A stretch of 64,000 bases of DNA, from assembly GCA_964016885.1 (NCBI GenBank), contig OZ024743.1:246016001-246080000 (forward strand). Direction: 5' to 3'. This DNA is from Eledone cirrhosa (lineage: Eukaryota). The position numbers were made by a program, and so were the translations under genes. A model generated the notes under the pieces. That model was not told the origin of the DNA, did not search any database, and saw only the letters and a program-made list of their open reading frames with translations. How positions within the stretch are numbered: position 1 is the stretch's first letter; each line of letters opens with the position of its first letter. Shown piece after piece: positions 12,200 to 26,500 of the stretch.

Positions 12200-12850
12200 T
12201 AGAGTTGACCACATATCTATACACATACATAAGTGAACTCATAGAACAACCACTAGCATAGACACCCTACCTGAAAATACAACCTAAGGTAACTCACAAA
12301 CGCATAGTAGAGACAGCACTAACATATCAAATTCCAAATTCTAGATATAGTAAGACCACAGCCACTAGCTTAACCGCAAGGCCAGATATGGATGTAGCAA
12401 CCCCTAGATACAATAACCCCACTACCACTATTTTTCAGGACATTTTATAAGTGTTTCTCCAAATTATATAGGTACAGCAGGATATTCAATAGGCACACAT
12501 TTAAGTTATCATATTCAACCACTAAAAACCTAGCCCAAAACATATAGCTTAGATTAGCAATAGCAAATTAGAACCTAAACACAATCTAAACACGTGTCCA
12601 ACGGTGCTTGCACCCATAAATTATATAAATACTTTGGGGAAACATAGTAAGGGACCCTACAAGCAAAACTCTATTCACCCACACCAGATAGTCAACTACC
12701 TTTATAGACATAATTATAATACAACACATACTAAAAATAATGAATGTAACTAGAATTCTAGCTAACTTCCCTATGCAGCATAAATGCCTCTATAAAAATT
12801 TAGTATACAAGTGTAAGGTTACCACTTGTGACACAACATACAAATACATT
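12200..12850 (+). mobile_element. Old Penelope-like GIY-YIG fragment
   Basis: RIFNRHTFKLSYSTT and PMQHKCLYKNLVYKCKVT...YKYI. Confidence 0.6.
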
Positions 12851-12852
12851 GA

Positions 12853-13060
12853 CCCTTTAATGTTCAAACCAGCCAAAACTGGCCAAAATTCTCTACCTCT
12901 TTCTGTTGAAACTGGCTGTAACCTGATGTTAAGGTATTGTTCTCAAAATAAATACTTTCAAAATCTCATAGATTCGATATTATATGAGATAATTATGCAA
13001 GGTAAAGCCTTTACCATGAAAATATAATAATAAATATAGAGTAATGTGAATGCTAAAGGG
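12853..13060 (-). mobile_element. piggyBac-like TTAA MITE
   Basis: CCCTTTA...TAAAGGG-TTAA; inverted homolog of 29967-30177. Confidence 0.7.
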
Positions 13061-13565
13061 TTAAGGATAGATGATACAACCATCACTACTCCTTTAACCG
13101 GATTGATAAGTGACAGAGTACAGTTCTATATGAGCTTATATGGAGTCTTAAGCAGGAACACAATACTCTCTGTCATGGTCAACACCTGCAAACACGCAAC
13201 TGTTCAGGAGTGGATCTTTTCCACATGGTTGCAATATTTGCACTACTGAAGCTGTACATATTATACATGGTGGGCTCCAAATAATCAACAAACGCTCAGA
13301 CTTCTTCAATCCATATAGGCACAAGATATCTAAAATTTTCCTTAGAATCTATAGTTAGCTTTGTTCATAGCCTTTAATCTTGTACCACTACCCCTCTTTA
13401 ACGTGAACTTGACTAAATAATTACTTAACTTTGAAACACCCCTAGTACTTCAGTGTGTTGATACATTGGCCTATCCTTCTTATGGATGGCCAGACCCTTC
13501 CAATTCTTTTAGATAGCTCTACTAATCCTCCTATAACACCTCAATTCATTAGACTTATTACACCT

Positions 13566-13870
13566 CAATTCATTTGTGGATGTGTAATGTTAGTGTACAT
13601 GAATGATGAAGCACAAGCGAGTTGAGAGAAAAAATGGGTGGAATAGAGATGATTGTGCTCGTATGAAAGTGTGATGCAAATGTTGGATGGTAGTTGGGTA
13701 AAGAAGTGTCAAGAGATTCAAATGGAAGGAATCTGTGGAAAACATTGGTAGAAGTGGTGAAAGTTAATCTCAGGCAGCTGAGCTTCATGAAGGAAATGAC
13801 AAGGGGTGAGATGCTGTATTGGAAAAGATCTGTCCATACAGAAAAATTGACATAAAATGATGATGATGAC
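13566..13870 (+). mobile_element. Degenerate RTE 3' fragment with (GAT)n tail
   Basis: WMCNVSVHE, LREKMG, tail AAAATGATGATGA. Confidence 0.6.
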
Positions 13871-14478
13871 AATTAAGCCACCAACACTAATGGCCTTTAC
13901 TTCATATTTAATTCTTTTCACTTTTGGAAAATAATTGCTCAACTATGATCAAATCTTAGCAGTGGCATGGCAAGGGCTCTAGCTGTCCTCATCTTAATTA
14001 ACAAGTATGGTAGGCAAAATAAAATTTTGCACACTTACATACCTGCACTTCTTTTGCTATGCTTCTGAATCTTGTCCAGAAATTGCAAAGAAGCAGTAAT
14101 CATGCCTTAAATGTAGATATCTCCAGTATCATCAACCGCTTTGTTCTTGTTAGATATAGAAAATGTAACTGTTAAAATATGTATGGATTCTTTAAACTTT
14201 CTATGTATTTGTGGATATTACATAAACTTTTCTACTGTATGTATATTATATAAACTATTTTACTGTATTTCTAAGTATTTTGGTATATGGTATAAATTTT
14301 CTTATGTATTAATAATTATTTGTGTATATTATATAAACCTTTTTGCTATATTTCTCTATGTACTTATGTACCTGTAATATAAAAGCCTATACGGAGAGGA
14401 TATATATTTCGTTTCGTTTCTATTTCCGTTCTACATTTTATATCGTTTCTCTCACATTTGATTATCCAATACAAAGTT

Positions 14479-14542
14479 ATGGCGCTTCTATTGACAGAAG
14501 AAAATATCCGAGCCAGGGTAAATTTATTACACAATAACTTGG
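14479..14542 (+). CDS. CEP72: CEP72-like exon 1 ([21 protein letters not shown])
   Basis: ATG at 14479, donor G|GTAAGT, phase 1 fits exon 2. Confidence 0.85.
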
Positions 14543-17500
14543 GTAAGTATCTCTATTTATATATGAAAATAAATAATAAAGACTACTTCGATTTATTTAC
14601 AAAACTAATTTTGTTTTCAATCATTTATTGAACGTATTTCTTTATTTTAAATATCGATTCTTCAATCCAGTTCCTAAAAAAAACAACAACTTTGTTTACG
14701 TCTGCTTCTGAAATGTCATGTTTAATTGAGTGAAAATAGAAATAGAATTGAAACAACTGTTGATATATAAATATTCACCGATGATAAAGATATAATACAA
14801 TAGAAACACATATATATTTATTGTCCATAGTTATTTGTTAACCGAGCTTTTACTGGCATATAGTTTAAAGCGTGTTTGGACATGTCTTAATAATATCTGC
14901 TGTCACCAATATATCTTGGTCATTCTATAGTGTTAAATTCTTCCATTACCATATCTTCTTATAAATATCCTGCCTAGACACGCTTCTCAAAACAATTGTT
15001 TCTACTTCTTTTTCTATACATTTTATATATATAGTTTTTTTTCTCCCCACAAATAATAAGCGATTGACGTTATTTTAAAAACTTTGAAAATGATACAGAT
15101 GTCCATAAGTTTTTGTCCTTCTTTAGCCCCAGGTCAATCTTGATGGAGCAGACATTCTGGTCGTGATCATACTGTTTTCTTTTGGTGAGGTGTTACGTAG
15201 GACTTTGGAATGCCATAGACATATGCTCTCAAATAAATATCTCGTCAGGGATTCATTTCGCATGTTCTCCGCGCACACACTCACGCCGGTCGACTAGGGA
15301 AATCTAAACCTGAATACACAATAAACCCAGTAAATCAAATAAGATATTTCCAGTTTTTCTATTCAAGATCTATTGTCAATGATACCCAGGCCCTGTTGTC
15401 TAATGTGCCCCTTCTTTAATATACTAGAAAGTTGCTAGGAACCTCACAAATATAATGCACAAAGATATATATATGATAAAAGCGAAAGTAAAAATGTTGA
15501 GGAAAAATCGATGACCTTTTCTCCAGCCCCGTCACGAAAAATTAAATTTAACTTTTTTTTTCAGCATTGTAATCTTTCATTTCAAAACATAATTCAGAAT
15601 GAAACAATTTCGAAAAAAAAAAAAAAAATGTATTTTAATATATACACTATGACTGGTTGAGTATTCCGAAACGGAGAAGAATGGAGGGCGTATAAAAAAA
15701 ATTGAAACTTTGAAAAATTTATTTTGCAGAATCATAATCTGCAATGTTAACATAAAAATCGTTTTTAAAAAATCGACAAAAATATATAAAATTTACTGGG
15801 CATGAACTTTATAATCTTTACGTGATCTCTAGTTCTCTGGAATTAGCTTCCTCTGTGTGAATTGCACCATCTGTATAGGCTTTCAGATCAACTTTGCAAG
15901 AAATACCAGCAGTGAAGAGTTCACAGAAAAAGAAAGTATTTGCCTAACAGATAACTGGTGATGCTCGTGAGGGCGCTTGGCTGTTCCAGCGCATCAGCCT
16001 CGCCATCACTCGAGGTAACACTGTAAGTGTGCTGGCTTGTCTCAAAAATTATTAGAGAGGTTTCCCAGTGCTTCTCGCAATATTGTTATCTTTTGCTCCG
16101 GTAGCGGTTCGTTGGACCACCCCCTTCGCTTGCCTTTTGTTGTATGTGGCCCTAGATGTATGTATTACCAGCTTGTGTGTGTTCTTTCTTACTTTTCTCT
16201 TTCTTTTTCCCTTTTCTTAATTATTTGTAATGTTATTTATATACAAAATAAAGACATTATCAGTTTTTCTTGAAATGTAAATATATTTGGGTATTGTGTA
16301 CTTGTATACAAGATGTAACATACAGATGCTTTAAGAGAGAAACATTGAATGGGTGAATACAGAAGTGTGAAGAAATTAGAGTGTAAGTGATGTAGCCTTT
16401 TGTTGGGTGTACTACTGACATGATGCTTGCTTAGCAATTGGCTAAAATGACCATGACTGCTACAGCAGTTAAAATCTGGTGTTGAGTGAGAAGGAGAATG
16501 TTTTGGGCCCCCTCATTTTATAGACTACTGGTCACATGCCAGAAGTGGCCAAATGCATATGATATGAAAATATGGCAGTAGTTTTATAAAACAACAAGGC
16601 ATGATTCTGCTATATATAATTGTTTCTACTTTTGGCACAAGGCCAGCAAATTACCCAGTGCATTACTGGTACTTTATTTTATCGACCCCTTAAGGATGAA
16701 AGGCAAAGTTAACCTCGACGGAATTTGAACTTAGAATGGCAAGGGCCGTAACTTGCCATTCTGAGTTCAAATCCCGCCGAGGTTAACTTTGCCTTATCTA
16801 TATATATAAAACTGAGGTTGTCTGTCTATCTACTAAAACAGTCGGCACACATCTCCTCCTAAACCGTACGTTCAAATTACTACACTTATAGATGAAGGTC
16901 CGGCGGAGACATCAGCGAAAAACAATTTTCAAATCGACCCACGCCAAGTGCAAAAATCAAATTTGTAATGTATTGATTTTTCAGTTCAAATGTATAAATA
17001 GCGATGAGAGTCGAGTTATTTCCCTTTTATGGTGTCATTTGTTTATCTATTTACGTTACGAATAAACGTGCAAAAGTACAAAAATACGCGAACAATTTTT
17101 GGGCCAGCAAAATTTTAACCTGTAAAATTCATAAGTTCGAAATTTCAACATTAAGCTTCCATTTTGCTTCATTTCCATTAAAAAGTCTTTTAAAACAATA
17201 TTTCAGTGCATCAGTATCGCCATCACCCGAGGCAACGCTGCGAGTGTGCTGGCTTGCCTCAAAATTAGAGAGGTTGCCCAGTACTCGCGACGTTGCTGTC
17301 TTTTGCTCTGGTGTTGGCTCCGTTGTTCACCCCTTCCTTTACATTTTCTTTAATATTGTAGCATTGAAGGAATATATCTTTCATTGTATCATCCTTTGTA
17401 GTGTTACCGAGGCATTTGTAATGTTATTTATGTATATATTTAAAATATATTTATGTTATTCTACTGTAAATTTATTTATATGCTCTGTTTATATTTTCAT

Positions 17501-20500
17501 TCTCACTACCCTCAAAAATCTATGAAACTACATACATGTTGCAACTCTCTCTCTATATATATATATCACACAAACACATATACATATGCATCTAAAGAGA
17601 GAAAGGGAGATGTAGAGAGAGAGAGAGTGAGATAGGTCGTTATACAGAGAGAAGTACAAGATAATCAGATAGAGAGACAGAGAGAGAGAGAGAATGGCGA
17701 CGAACGCTGGTTCACACACACACACAAACACATATATATATATAAAGACAGAGAGAGAGAGATCTGCACGTTCTTTATTGTTCTCCCTTCTGTAGAGGAA
17801 GAGAGAGAGAGAGGGTACAAGAAAAAAAAGAAAGGCGTTGAGAAAGAAAGAAAGTTTAAGCAAAGAATCGCTGCTTTCATTAACGGGATCTTCTTAAACT
17901 AATAAATTCAATCTGAACGCAGAATTAAATATTTCGAGAAACGTTGCAACCGAAGGAAAACAGGAAGATGATATTTTGGTTCGTGAAGACGTTCCCTGGC
18001 AATGAACGGAAAAAAAGCGAGGATAATACGTCGTTATGTGGAGCGAGAAGAACAATTTCATGCAAAGACAAGACCAAGTTTATGGTGTAAATGGAGTCGT
18101 TAGACTAATATTCTATTTAAAATAACCAAATGATTTCCAGCCCCGGAGTTTAAGAATGATGTAAATAAAATTGTAAACGAAAATGACAGAGGTTATTAAA
18201 ATAGTTGTTTCTACTTTTGGCACAAGGCCAGCAATTACCAGTACATTACTGGTACTTTATTTTATCGATCTCGTAATGATGAAAGGCAAAGTTAACCTCG
18301 ACGGGATTTTAACTTTGCCTTAAAATAGTAAAAGTAAATAGTGAAGATTTAGGCCAGTACATACGTATGCGCCGACGGACATACATATACATACACACAC
18401 ACAAATACATACACACACACAAACACACACACACACACGCATGCGTGTGTGTGTAAACCTTATGCATTTCTAGAGTATTTTTACCAAACTTAAGACATAA
18501 GTTACTTATGTACTCCGGATGGTCATGGGCACTTTCATTTTTCCAGATATTGATTATAGGGCCTCCCGGCAGATAACCCCCTTTAACCACTTCCTTGGAG
18601 TCCACTGAAGCACTGCAGTGCAATGCAACAAAACGTCATAACTTCTGGAGTTCGCAACCGATTTTCACAAAACTTGACACATGGGCTACGTTTGTTCTAC
18701 AGATGTATGTGAACTCTCAGAATTGGCACATATTGAGTAGGGGACACCTGGGAACAGGAACCCCCTTTTGGAAAAAGCCGATGATTTTGTAAAAGTATAG
18801 TTTTCGAAGCAGCACTGAAGTATTGACATAAATGGTATACATAACTGCTATTTAATACCCGAGCAACACCGGGTACCTCTGCTAGTATATACTATATATA
18901 TAATGCTATGCTTGTCACACAGCATTTGTTGCTGGTGATGTAATTCTGATGCCAGCTGTCCACAACTAGTGGACTGAGGTGACACCTTCAATTGTCAAGC
19001 ACTTTTCTGAGTATCCTGGTAGTTTCAAGGAATTTTGTTGACCCAAATTTTTTTAAATAGTTCACAGTGCACCTCAACCTTTTCCATTGCTCACAAATGT
19101 TTTATTTCCCATGCTAGTGGTTTGTATCTCTCAACCTTTTTCAATTCTTTGTCATAAACCTTATTGTCAGTGGGACACGCCACATTCAGAATCTAACATT
19201 GTTTGTTATCTTTGTTGCTCACCACAATATTTTGTTTGCTATGTTCAATTTTATGGTCACATTGGATCATAAAGTCCCATAGAGTCTCGACATGGTCATT
19301 TTCTATAACGCCTTCTGGTTTGTGCTCATACCACTAGCTTGCTTTCTCGAGGCTGTATTTTTTGCAAAACTGCCTATGAATGATTTTGGCTATGTTATCA
19401 TGGCGTCGCTTGTATTCTTTCTGTGCCAACTTTGTACACTGGCTGGTGATATACCACACAGTTTCTCCCTTTTCTCTGCATATCCTACACTTTTGTTTCA
19501 CCTGAGTTGTTGATCTTGTGTTTAACATAATTTGTCCCTAGGGCTTGCTCATGTGCTGCCTTAAAGCTTCTGTTTCTGGTTTAAGGTAACTTTTTCTGCA
19601 TCCATAATCATCTCTGCTCCAAATCGGTTTTGGTTTCTCCAGGTATAGGTTTTCTAAGACTTGTTAGAATTGGAAAGAGAGGTGTTACATGAACCGAGTT
19701 AAGATTATGAAGAAAATAATTGCAAAATCTTGAGTTTTTTGGGGCATGATGGTGATAATGTCACAAAAGTATTGACAACATTAACAATCAGCTCTGCCAA
19801 GTAAATGATAGATACCAATCTCTAAGATGACACACTTGATTATGGGGGCCACTAACCCATGCTAGCGTGGAAGATGGACGTTAAACGAAGATGATGATGA
19901 TGATGATAGCCCTCACTATCTTCATTGAACAACCTGAGTGTGCAGGTTTCCATGTCTGTCTTTGCATGTTACACATGCATATACTCACTACTTTTATAAT
20001 TATAGGCATGCATTCATCCACAGATACATATGTACATATGTCTATATATATATACTGCAAATGTGGGTGCGGCTCCTAAACTATGGTTCTGCTGTGAGCA
20101 GGTTTCAGTGGGGCCAACTGGCCTGTCCCTCCTCATAATGGTGCCATCTAGTTCCACACTGTAAATGTGGTTGGTATTAGGAAGGGCATACAGCTGTAAA
20201 GGTCCCAGCAAATTTACAGTTATGTCTGAGCAAGGTACAGCATAGCCTATCTGGCCAGACTTGTCTCATGACATGGACAACCCATCTAACTCATTGCAAG
20301 CATGGAAAATGAATGTTAAGCAGTGATGATGATGATTATATATATACATATATTTTCATCTAAGATGTAAAAAAAAAATCATCCTCAACAAGCAGACTTG
20401 ATGGGGTTGCTGTTTTGTCTGGCTTAACAGACACAGCAGGCAGGTTATATACAGTGTAGGCAGTGAAGATTGGAAATAGATTATAGAGAAAACAACCTAA

Positions 20501-23500
20501 AACCAGGGATTAAAGAATACAAGCTGATAACATGAGATAAACATCTTTCAACAGCTCTGAAATAAACTTTCCTGAACAGGAAACAAGGAAGAAAAAGGAA
20601 TATATATATATATATATCAAGAAAGTAGAAGATGGGGAAATAAACCTTAGTCATAGTGACCCTAAATAAAGATAGAGAGTGACAGAGTGATTGAAAAAAA
20701 AAGAACGAAAAGATGACTAAAAGATAGTTTTTTAGTCATTTCTTGAAAGATAGGCCTATTGGAGTCAGCTTTGCTTTGTAGTGTTCATCATTAATTGATG
20801 ATCAAGTACAGTTTGAAAAGGCCAGCTGGGCCTACATATATACACAGAACAGCATACCAAAAACAGTAAGAATGTATGTACACTGATACAGAGGGAGAGA
20901 GAGTGATTGTGAAGGAGGGAGTAATGTTCCTCTCTACTCGAAGAGTAAAGACAGGAAATAGATTTGAGAAAAAACTTGAAATCAGGGGTTAGAGAAATCA
21001 AGCCTATATTATTATTGCTATTATTATCATTATAGTCAATAAAGTGAGAACAGGGGCCACAATATTAGTGTATTAGTTATCATTAATGTTTATTTTCAAG
21101 TCAGTCTTGATCCAGCACTTCTATGATCATCATCATCATCACTCGTCGACTACTGTCGAGATGATGGATCTCACTCTCATGCCCCAGAATCCCCTGTCCC
21201 CCATCACTGCCCCCAGATCCTGTCTGCTGATTCCCGTATCCCTAGAAATAACGTCAGGGAATGACAGCTTCCTAGTCAGGCTGGAGTCAGGGTTCCAGAG
21301 CAAGAGAGCGGATATGATTTCATTGCTGGCACGGTGACAGTGGCCAGCAAATTGAGCTCTCCGGGATTTTAGAAGGGCAGAGGCTCGAGGGAGTTTGCCA
21401 TAGATTTTAGACAAGATGGGATGTCGTTTCCAGGATAGGTTTTGCACTCTCATTAAGAGGCGGGTATATGTGCCATCCAATCTCCTCTCAAGTTGTGATG
21501 TTAGTGTCCAAGTTTCGGATCCATAAAGTAATATGGGCTTAATGGTTGCTTGGAATATTTCCAGTTTTAGCTTGTTGGTAAGTTGAGATGTCCATATGGC
21601 GTGCATGTCATTGCACGCTGACCATGCCATACCCTTCCTGGTTAGAAAAAATCTTTTTTGGAGGAGGAGATATATGAGCCAAGATACTTGTAATCTTCCA
21701 CCTGCTTAAGGGTGGTACCATTAAGGGTTCTGATGGGGTAGTTTGGGCTGTTTGCACATCTGTTCACACACTCAGTCTTGGATTCGTTGAGGTACAGTCC
21801 AACACAGTTGGACGCTTGCTCTAATGACTTCAAAAGACTCTCAGCATTTTCCAGTGACCGACTGATCAATGCGATGTCGTCAGCAAAGTCGGTGTCGGTC
21901 AAGTATTTTGCTGGGTAGCGTGAGCTTCTCCTAGGCTGTAGTTGGTATCCCCTATCCTGAATCCTATCCACAGACATGCGCAAAACATAATCCACAACAA
22001 TGATAAATAGATACGGAGCAAGGGTATCGCCCTGTAAAATTCCAGCGAGGATTGAGAAAGGTGGTGTTTCCCCATCTAGGGTCAGGACAGTTGATTTGGT
22101 ATCTGTATACATTACACGTATGGCCGCGATGATTTTATCAGGAATCCCATAGAGTTGTAGAATTTCAAACATCCCCGACCTGTCAATTGAGTCGAAGGCT
22201 TTTGAAAAATCAACAAAGATGAGTGCAAGATCTAGATTGCGGTTTTGGGACTCCTCTATAAGTTGGCGAAGGCAGAGAATCTGGCTAAGTGTTGATCTAC
22301 CTCTCCTAAATCCATTCTGGTTGTTACGAAGGATTGGCTCAAGAAATGGGATTAAGCGGTTAAGAAGAAGCTTGTATATTTTTGCAGCAATTGCCATGAG
22401 AGAAATTCCTCTATAGTTGGTGGCTAAAGAAAGATCTCCTTTTTTGGGCATGGGGATAATTTGAGCTGCATGCCAGACGCTAGGTGGTTTATTGGTCTCG
22501 AAAGTATGGTTACATAAGTTGAGCAAAAGGATGTGGAAATGCTCATCCTTCCAAATCAGGGTAGGTATATTATCCGGCCCAAAGGCTTTTGAGGCTTTGA
22601 GCTGTTTGATGGCTTCTTTGAGCTCAGGCATGGTGAAAGGAGAGGTGTTGATTCCTAAAGGCTCTGAAACCTGAACGGATGGCAGTTGATAGTTATCAGG
22701 GAGTCTGGCCTTTTTCCCTAGAAGGTTTTTAAAATGAGCAGACCAATGCTCTATGATCAAAAATGTTCCAGCCATGACTATCCTGCCTTTTATTTAAACA
22801 TAATAACCAGAACAACTTTTTATAATTTACACTTTTGTTTTTGTTATATCATAAATTAGCCCTGATTCAACAGTGATCCTAAATACAGTCACAGACAAAA
22901 ACTGTTACAGTTCGGGTTAGGAAAAAAAGTCTGATTTCATTTAAATGTCATGAAATAATTAAACAAATAATATTTTAAATTGCATTTTTAGCTGACAATA
23001 CATGCTTTGTACACACAATAACAACATAATTTATATAATAGCATTACACCTATATAAAAAAGAAATCACGATTTATTGACAAACTGAAATAAAACAATAT
23101 AAAATAAGAACTCATTAAATCAACAATTTATTGATGTTAGTTCTGTGACATTTTTTTTCTAAATTCATTTCAGCAGACTTAGTTTGGACATCAACACTAT
23201 GACCACTCCCTCATGCCTCTCTATCTTATTATTGCTATGTTGATTTAGTATGTTGATCTTTGTATGTTGATTTTTAGAATAATGACCAAAGCAGAATGGA
23301 GGACATTCTTAGTCCAGAATGATGCAAGGGGGAGTGGACTCTAGTCCAACCACAGGTTCCTCTCTTGGGACTAGTGACATGATAGAAAATATCCCTTTTT
23401 GTACACCCTTGTGTAAGAAAGACACAAACAAAGAGAGACAACAGATTGCTGAGGATAAGACAACCTCTCTAATGATGGTGCCACAATAAAATGCATCAAG

Positions 23501-26500
23501 TACACTCTGTAAAAATTATTGGTTATATGAAGGTCACCAAGCCATAGAAACCATGTCAAAAACAATAGTTAGGGCTCTTCAGCCCTGTCGAAGACATACA
23601 CACCCTCTCAAGTGATGGTGCTATGATAAAATGCATCCAGTACAATCCATAAAGTGGTTGGTGATAGGAAGGGCATCCAACCATAGGAAGCATGCCATTC
23701 CACCACCATTCTGTCTGACACTCTACTCAGTTTACCCTGACACTATTGATTCTGTAAATCCACTACCCACATTGATAGTATAATGATAGGTGTAATTACA
23801 ATGTACATTATTGTGGTGTTCTCTATGGAATGGTTGTTGGACCTCCATTGGTTATGATGATGAACATCTCAGTAGATTTTGTCAACAGAGCAGCCTGCTC
23901 ATTAAATTAACATGCATTTAGCTGAGCATTTCACAGACATGTATACCCTTAACGTAGTTCACAGGAAAATTCAGCATGACGCAATGTATAACAAGGTTTA
24001 TCCTTTAAATTACAAGTACAACTGATTTTTTCCAGCTGAGTGACCTGGAGCAACATGAAATTAAGTATCTTGCTCAAGGATACAAAAAAACCACCAATTG
24101 CAAACCTTAACCACCAAACCACAAACAACTGATGAAAGCAATGTTAGTTATTCCTGTATGTAGAGGCTATGTCATATAACCAAAGTTTAGGAATGTCAAC
24201 ATTGAAATAGTAACAGGTCACAGATATCCATTCTTCAATAGATTTGGGTTTAATGAACTTTTTAAATATTAATAAACCAGGGAGAGGCATATTGAAAGCT
24301 AAAACTGTTGAAGTATAACCCCAGGTCAATGCTGGTTGAGCAAACTCCTAATCACAGCCAAGCAGTGAATTAGCAGAGTTGTTAAAACATGGGATCAAAT
24401 ACCTTGCAGTACTTGTTATGACTCTTTGGACACTGAGTTGAAATTCTGCTGAGATCAACTTTGCTTTTCATCAAAGTACCAATCCAGGGAACTGGATGAG
24501 ATTTCTTATCTTGTGATATTTATTCCAGCACTTTACATTTTGAGTTTAAATCCTGCTTTAACCTACTTTGGTGGTTGACTTGTAGTTTAATACCACCACC
24601 TGGCTCTTAGGTTGAATACATTTGGAGCAGGTCATAAGTTTGAGGATAGTGTACTCATTCCCTCCCACCAGTCTTACAGGACCTAAGAAGAATAATGGGT
24701 TCTGCCCTTCTTTCCTTGATTAAATAGTAAAAATAAGTATTCTTTTCATAATTATCCCATCTTTCAAACAGTTTATTTCATAGTATATGTTAAACAATAT
24801 GTTCCTGTTTAAAACTGTTGTGTGTGATTTGGCTGCTATTTCCAGTAGGTCGAGCAATCACATAGTAACTATCTTATCTTGGTATATTTAGGCATAATGA
24901 ATATGTAATTGTATAAATAGGCATGTTCACTTCACAAATGTCAGGTCTCAGATTCAACCCTATTGTGTGGCAGCTTAAACATGTGTCTTTTACCAAAGCC
25001 TTTGGTCAACCCAAACCTTGTAAGTGAAATTGAGTTGACAGAAACTGTGCAGAAGTCTGTGGATGGATTGTACCTGTAATTCAAAGCTCTAGTCTTGTCA
25101 TGTTAATTCTGTTAGGGGTACACATATCTTAACTATTCAGCCACTTACCATATATACTCAAATATAAGCTGACCTTCCCCCCTATTTTATGTCTGAGAAA
25201 TGGGCAAATATCTGAACCCCATTTATAAGCTAAGGCAGCTAATCAACACATTATTCTTATATGACAAATATAAGCTCACCCCTACCTCATTTTACCATCG
25301 GTTTTTTGGTTACTTATTCCTCAGCTTATATTCCTATATATACAGTACATGCTTGCACAATGAGTAGATATTCCAATTGATTAAACAACTGAAATATTCA
25401 TCATTCCTTTTTTTTTGTTTTACTGTTTAATTAACTTTCAAACTTTCACATTGAACCATTGTTTAAATAAAAGTTTCAATAAATTAGTTTAACCCTTAAC
25501 AGCTTGTACCATATCAAACTGCATTAGCAAGACATTCTTGAAAAGTATAAAGTAGCACTATGTCCACACCACATTAAAAATTGAACTTTCTACTCTAATA
25601 CAACATGTTTTCACAACAGTCCGTCCACTAGTAAAGACACTATAAACATTTGAATTAACAAACCTATTTTTGAAGTTATTTTCTGCTAAGGCATTACAGG
25701 ATATTAAGAGTTTATAGAGTTATCATATTTTTCTAACATTAAAAAAAATCTATAATGAAACAATAAAAAATAAATAAAATATTTTATCATTTGTTAACAA
25801 ATAAATGTCAGTATATATAGTGGAAACTACTTATAATCAGAAATAATTGTTTCTACATTTGGCACAAAGCCAGCAATTATCCAGTACATTACTGGTACTT
25901 TATTTTATCGACCCCGTAAGGATGAAAGGCAAAGTTAACCTCGGCGGGATTAGAACTCAGAATTGCAAGGGCCATAACTCAATGTATTATGTTATCAATT
26001 TGTTATTGGCAAGTTATTCATTAGAATACTGAATTACACCCATTGCAGTATTTATTCCAGCTTTCTGTGCTGTGAGATCAAATCCTGCTGAGGTTAGCTT
26101 TGTCTTTCATCCTTTCATGGTTGATAAAGTACCAGTCCATAACGGTGGAGTAGCAGAATTGTTAGCATGTATCTGTTCTGGCTCTGTGTGTTCTGAGTTC
26201 AAATATTGCCACCTGTCACCAGAAAAATGGTAACATTATAGGACATGAGCCTCTATCATTAAAATCAAATAGCATGTAACCTCATGGGAGGTGGTGAAAT
26301 TGGCACAGGTATGAGCTGTAACAACAACAGCAACAAACTCTTTATTTAATGTTTTCTGCTGGTTATCAATATCAGCTGGCTAATGTTATTGAACAAATTT
26401 TGTCCAAAAGTGATCACAATGAGTAGTTTCTGTTGTAATATTTAACCATACCATATGCTGTAGGACAAATGTCTGGCCTTTCTGTTGCCTCCTCCAGGGA

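Noticed and set aside
14088-14122. Selenocysteine TGA in the minus-strand frame MILEISTFKA*LLLLC
   Set aside because: No recognisable selenoprotein motif, no SECIS can be evaluated, and the gene itself is unproven
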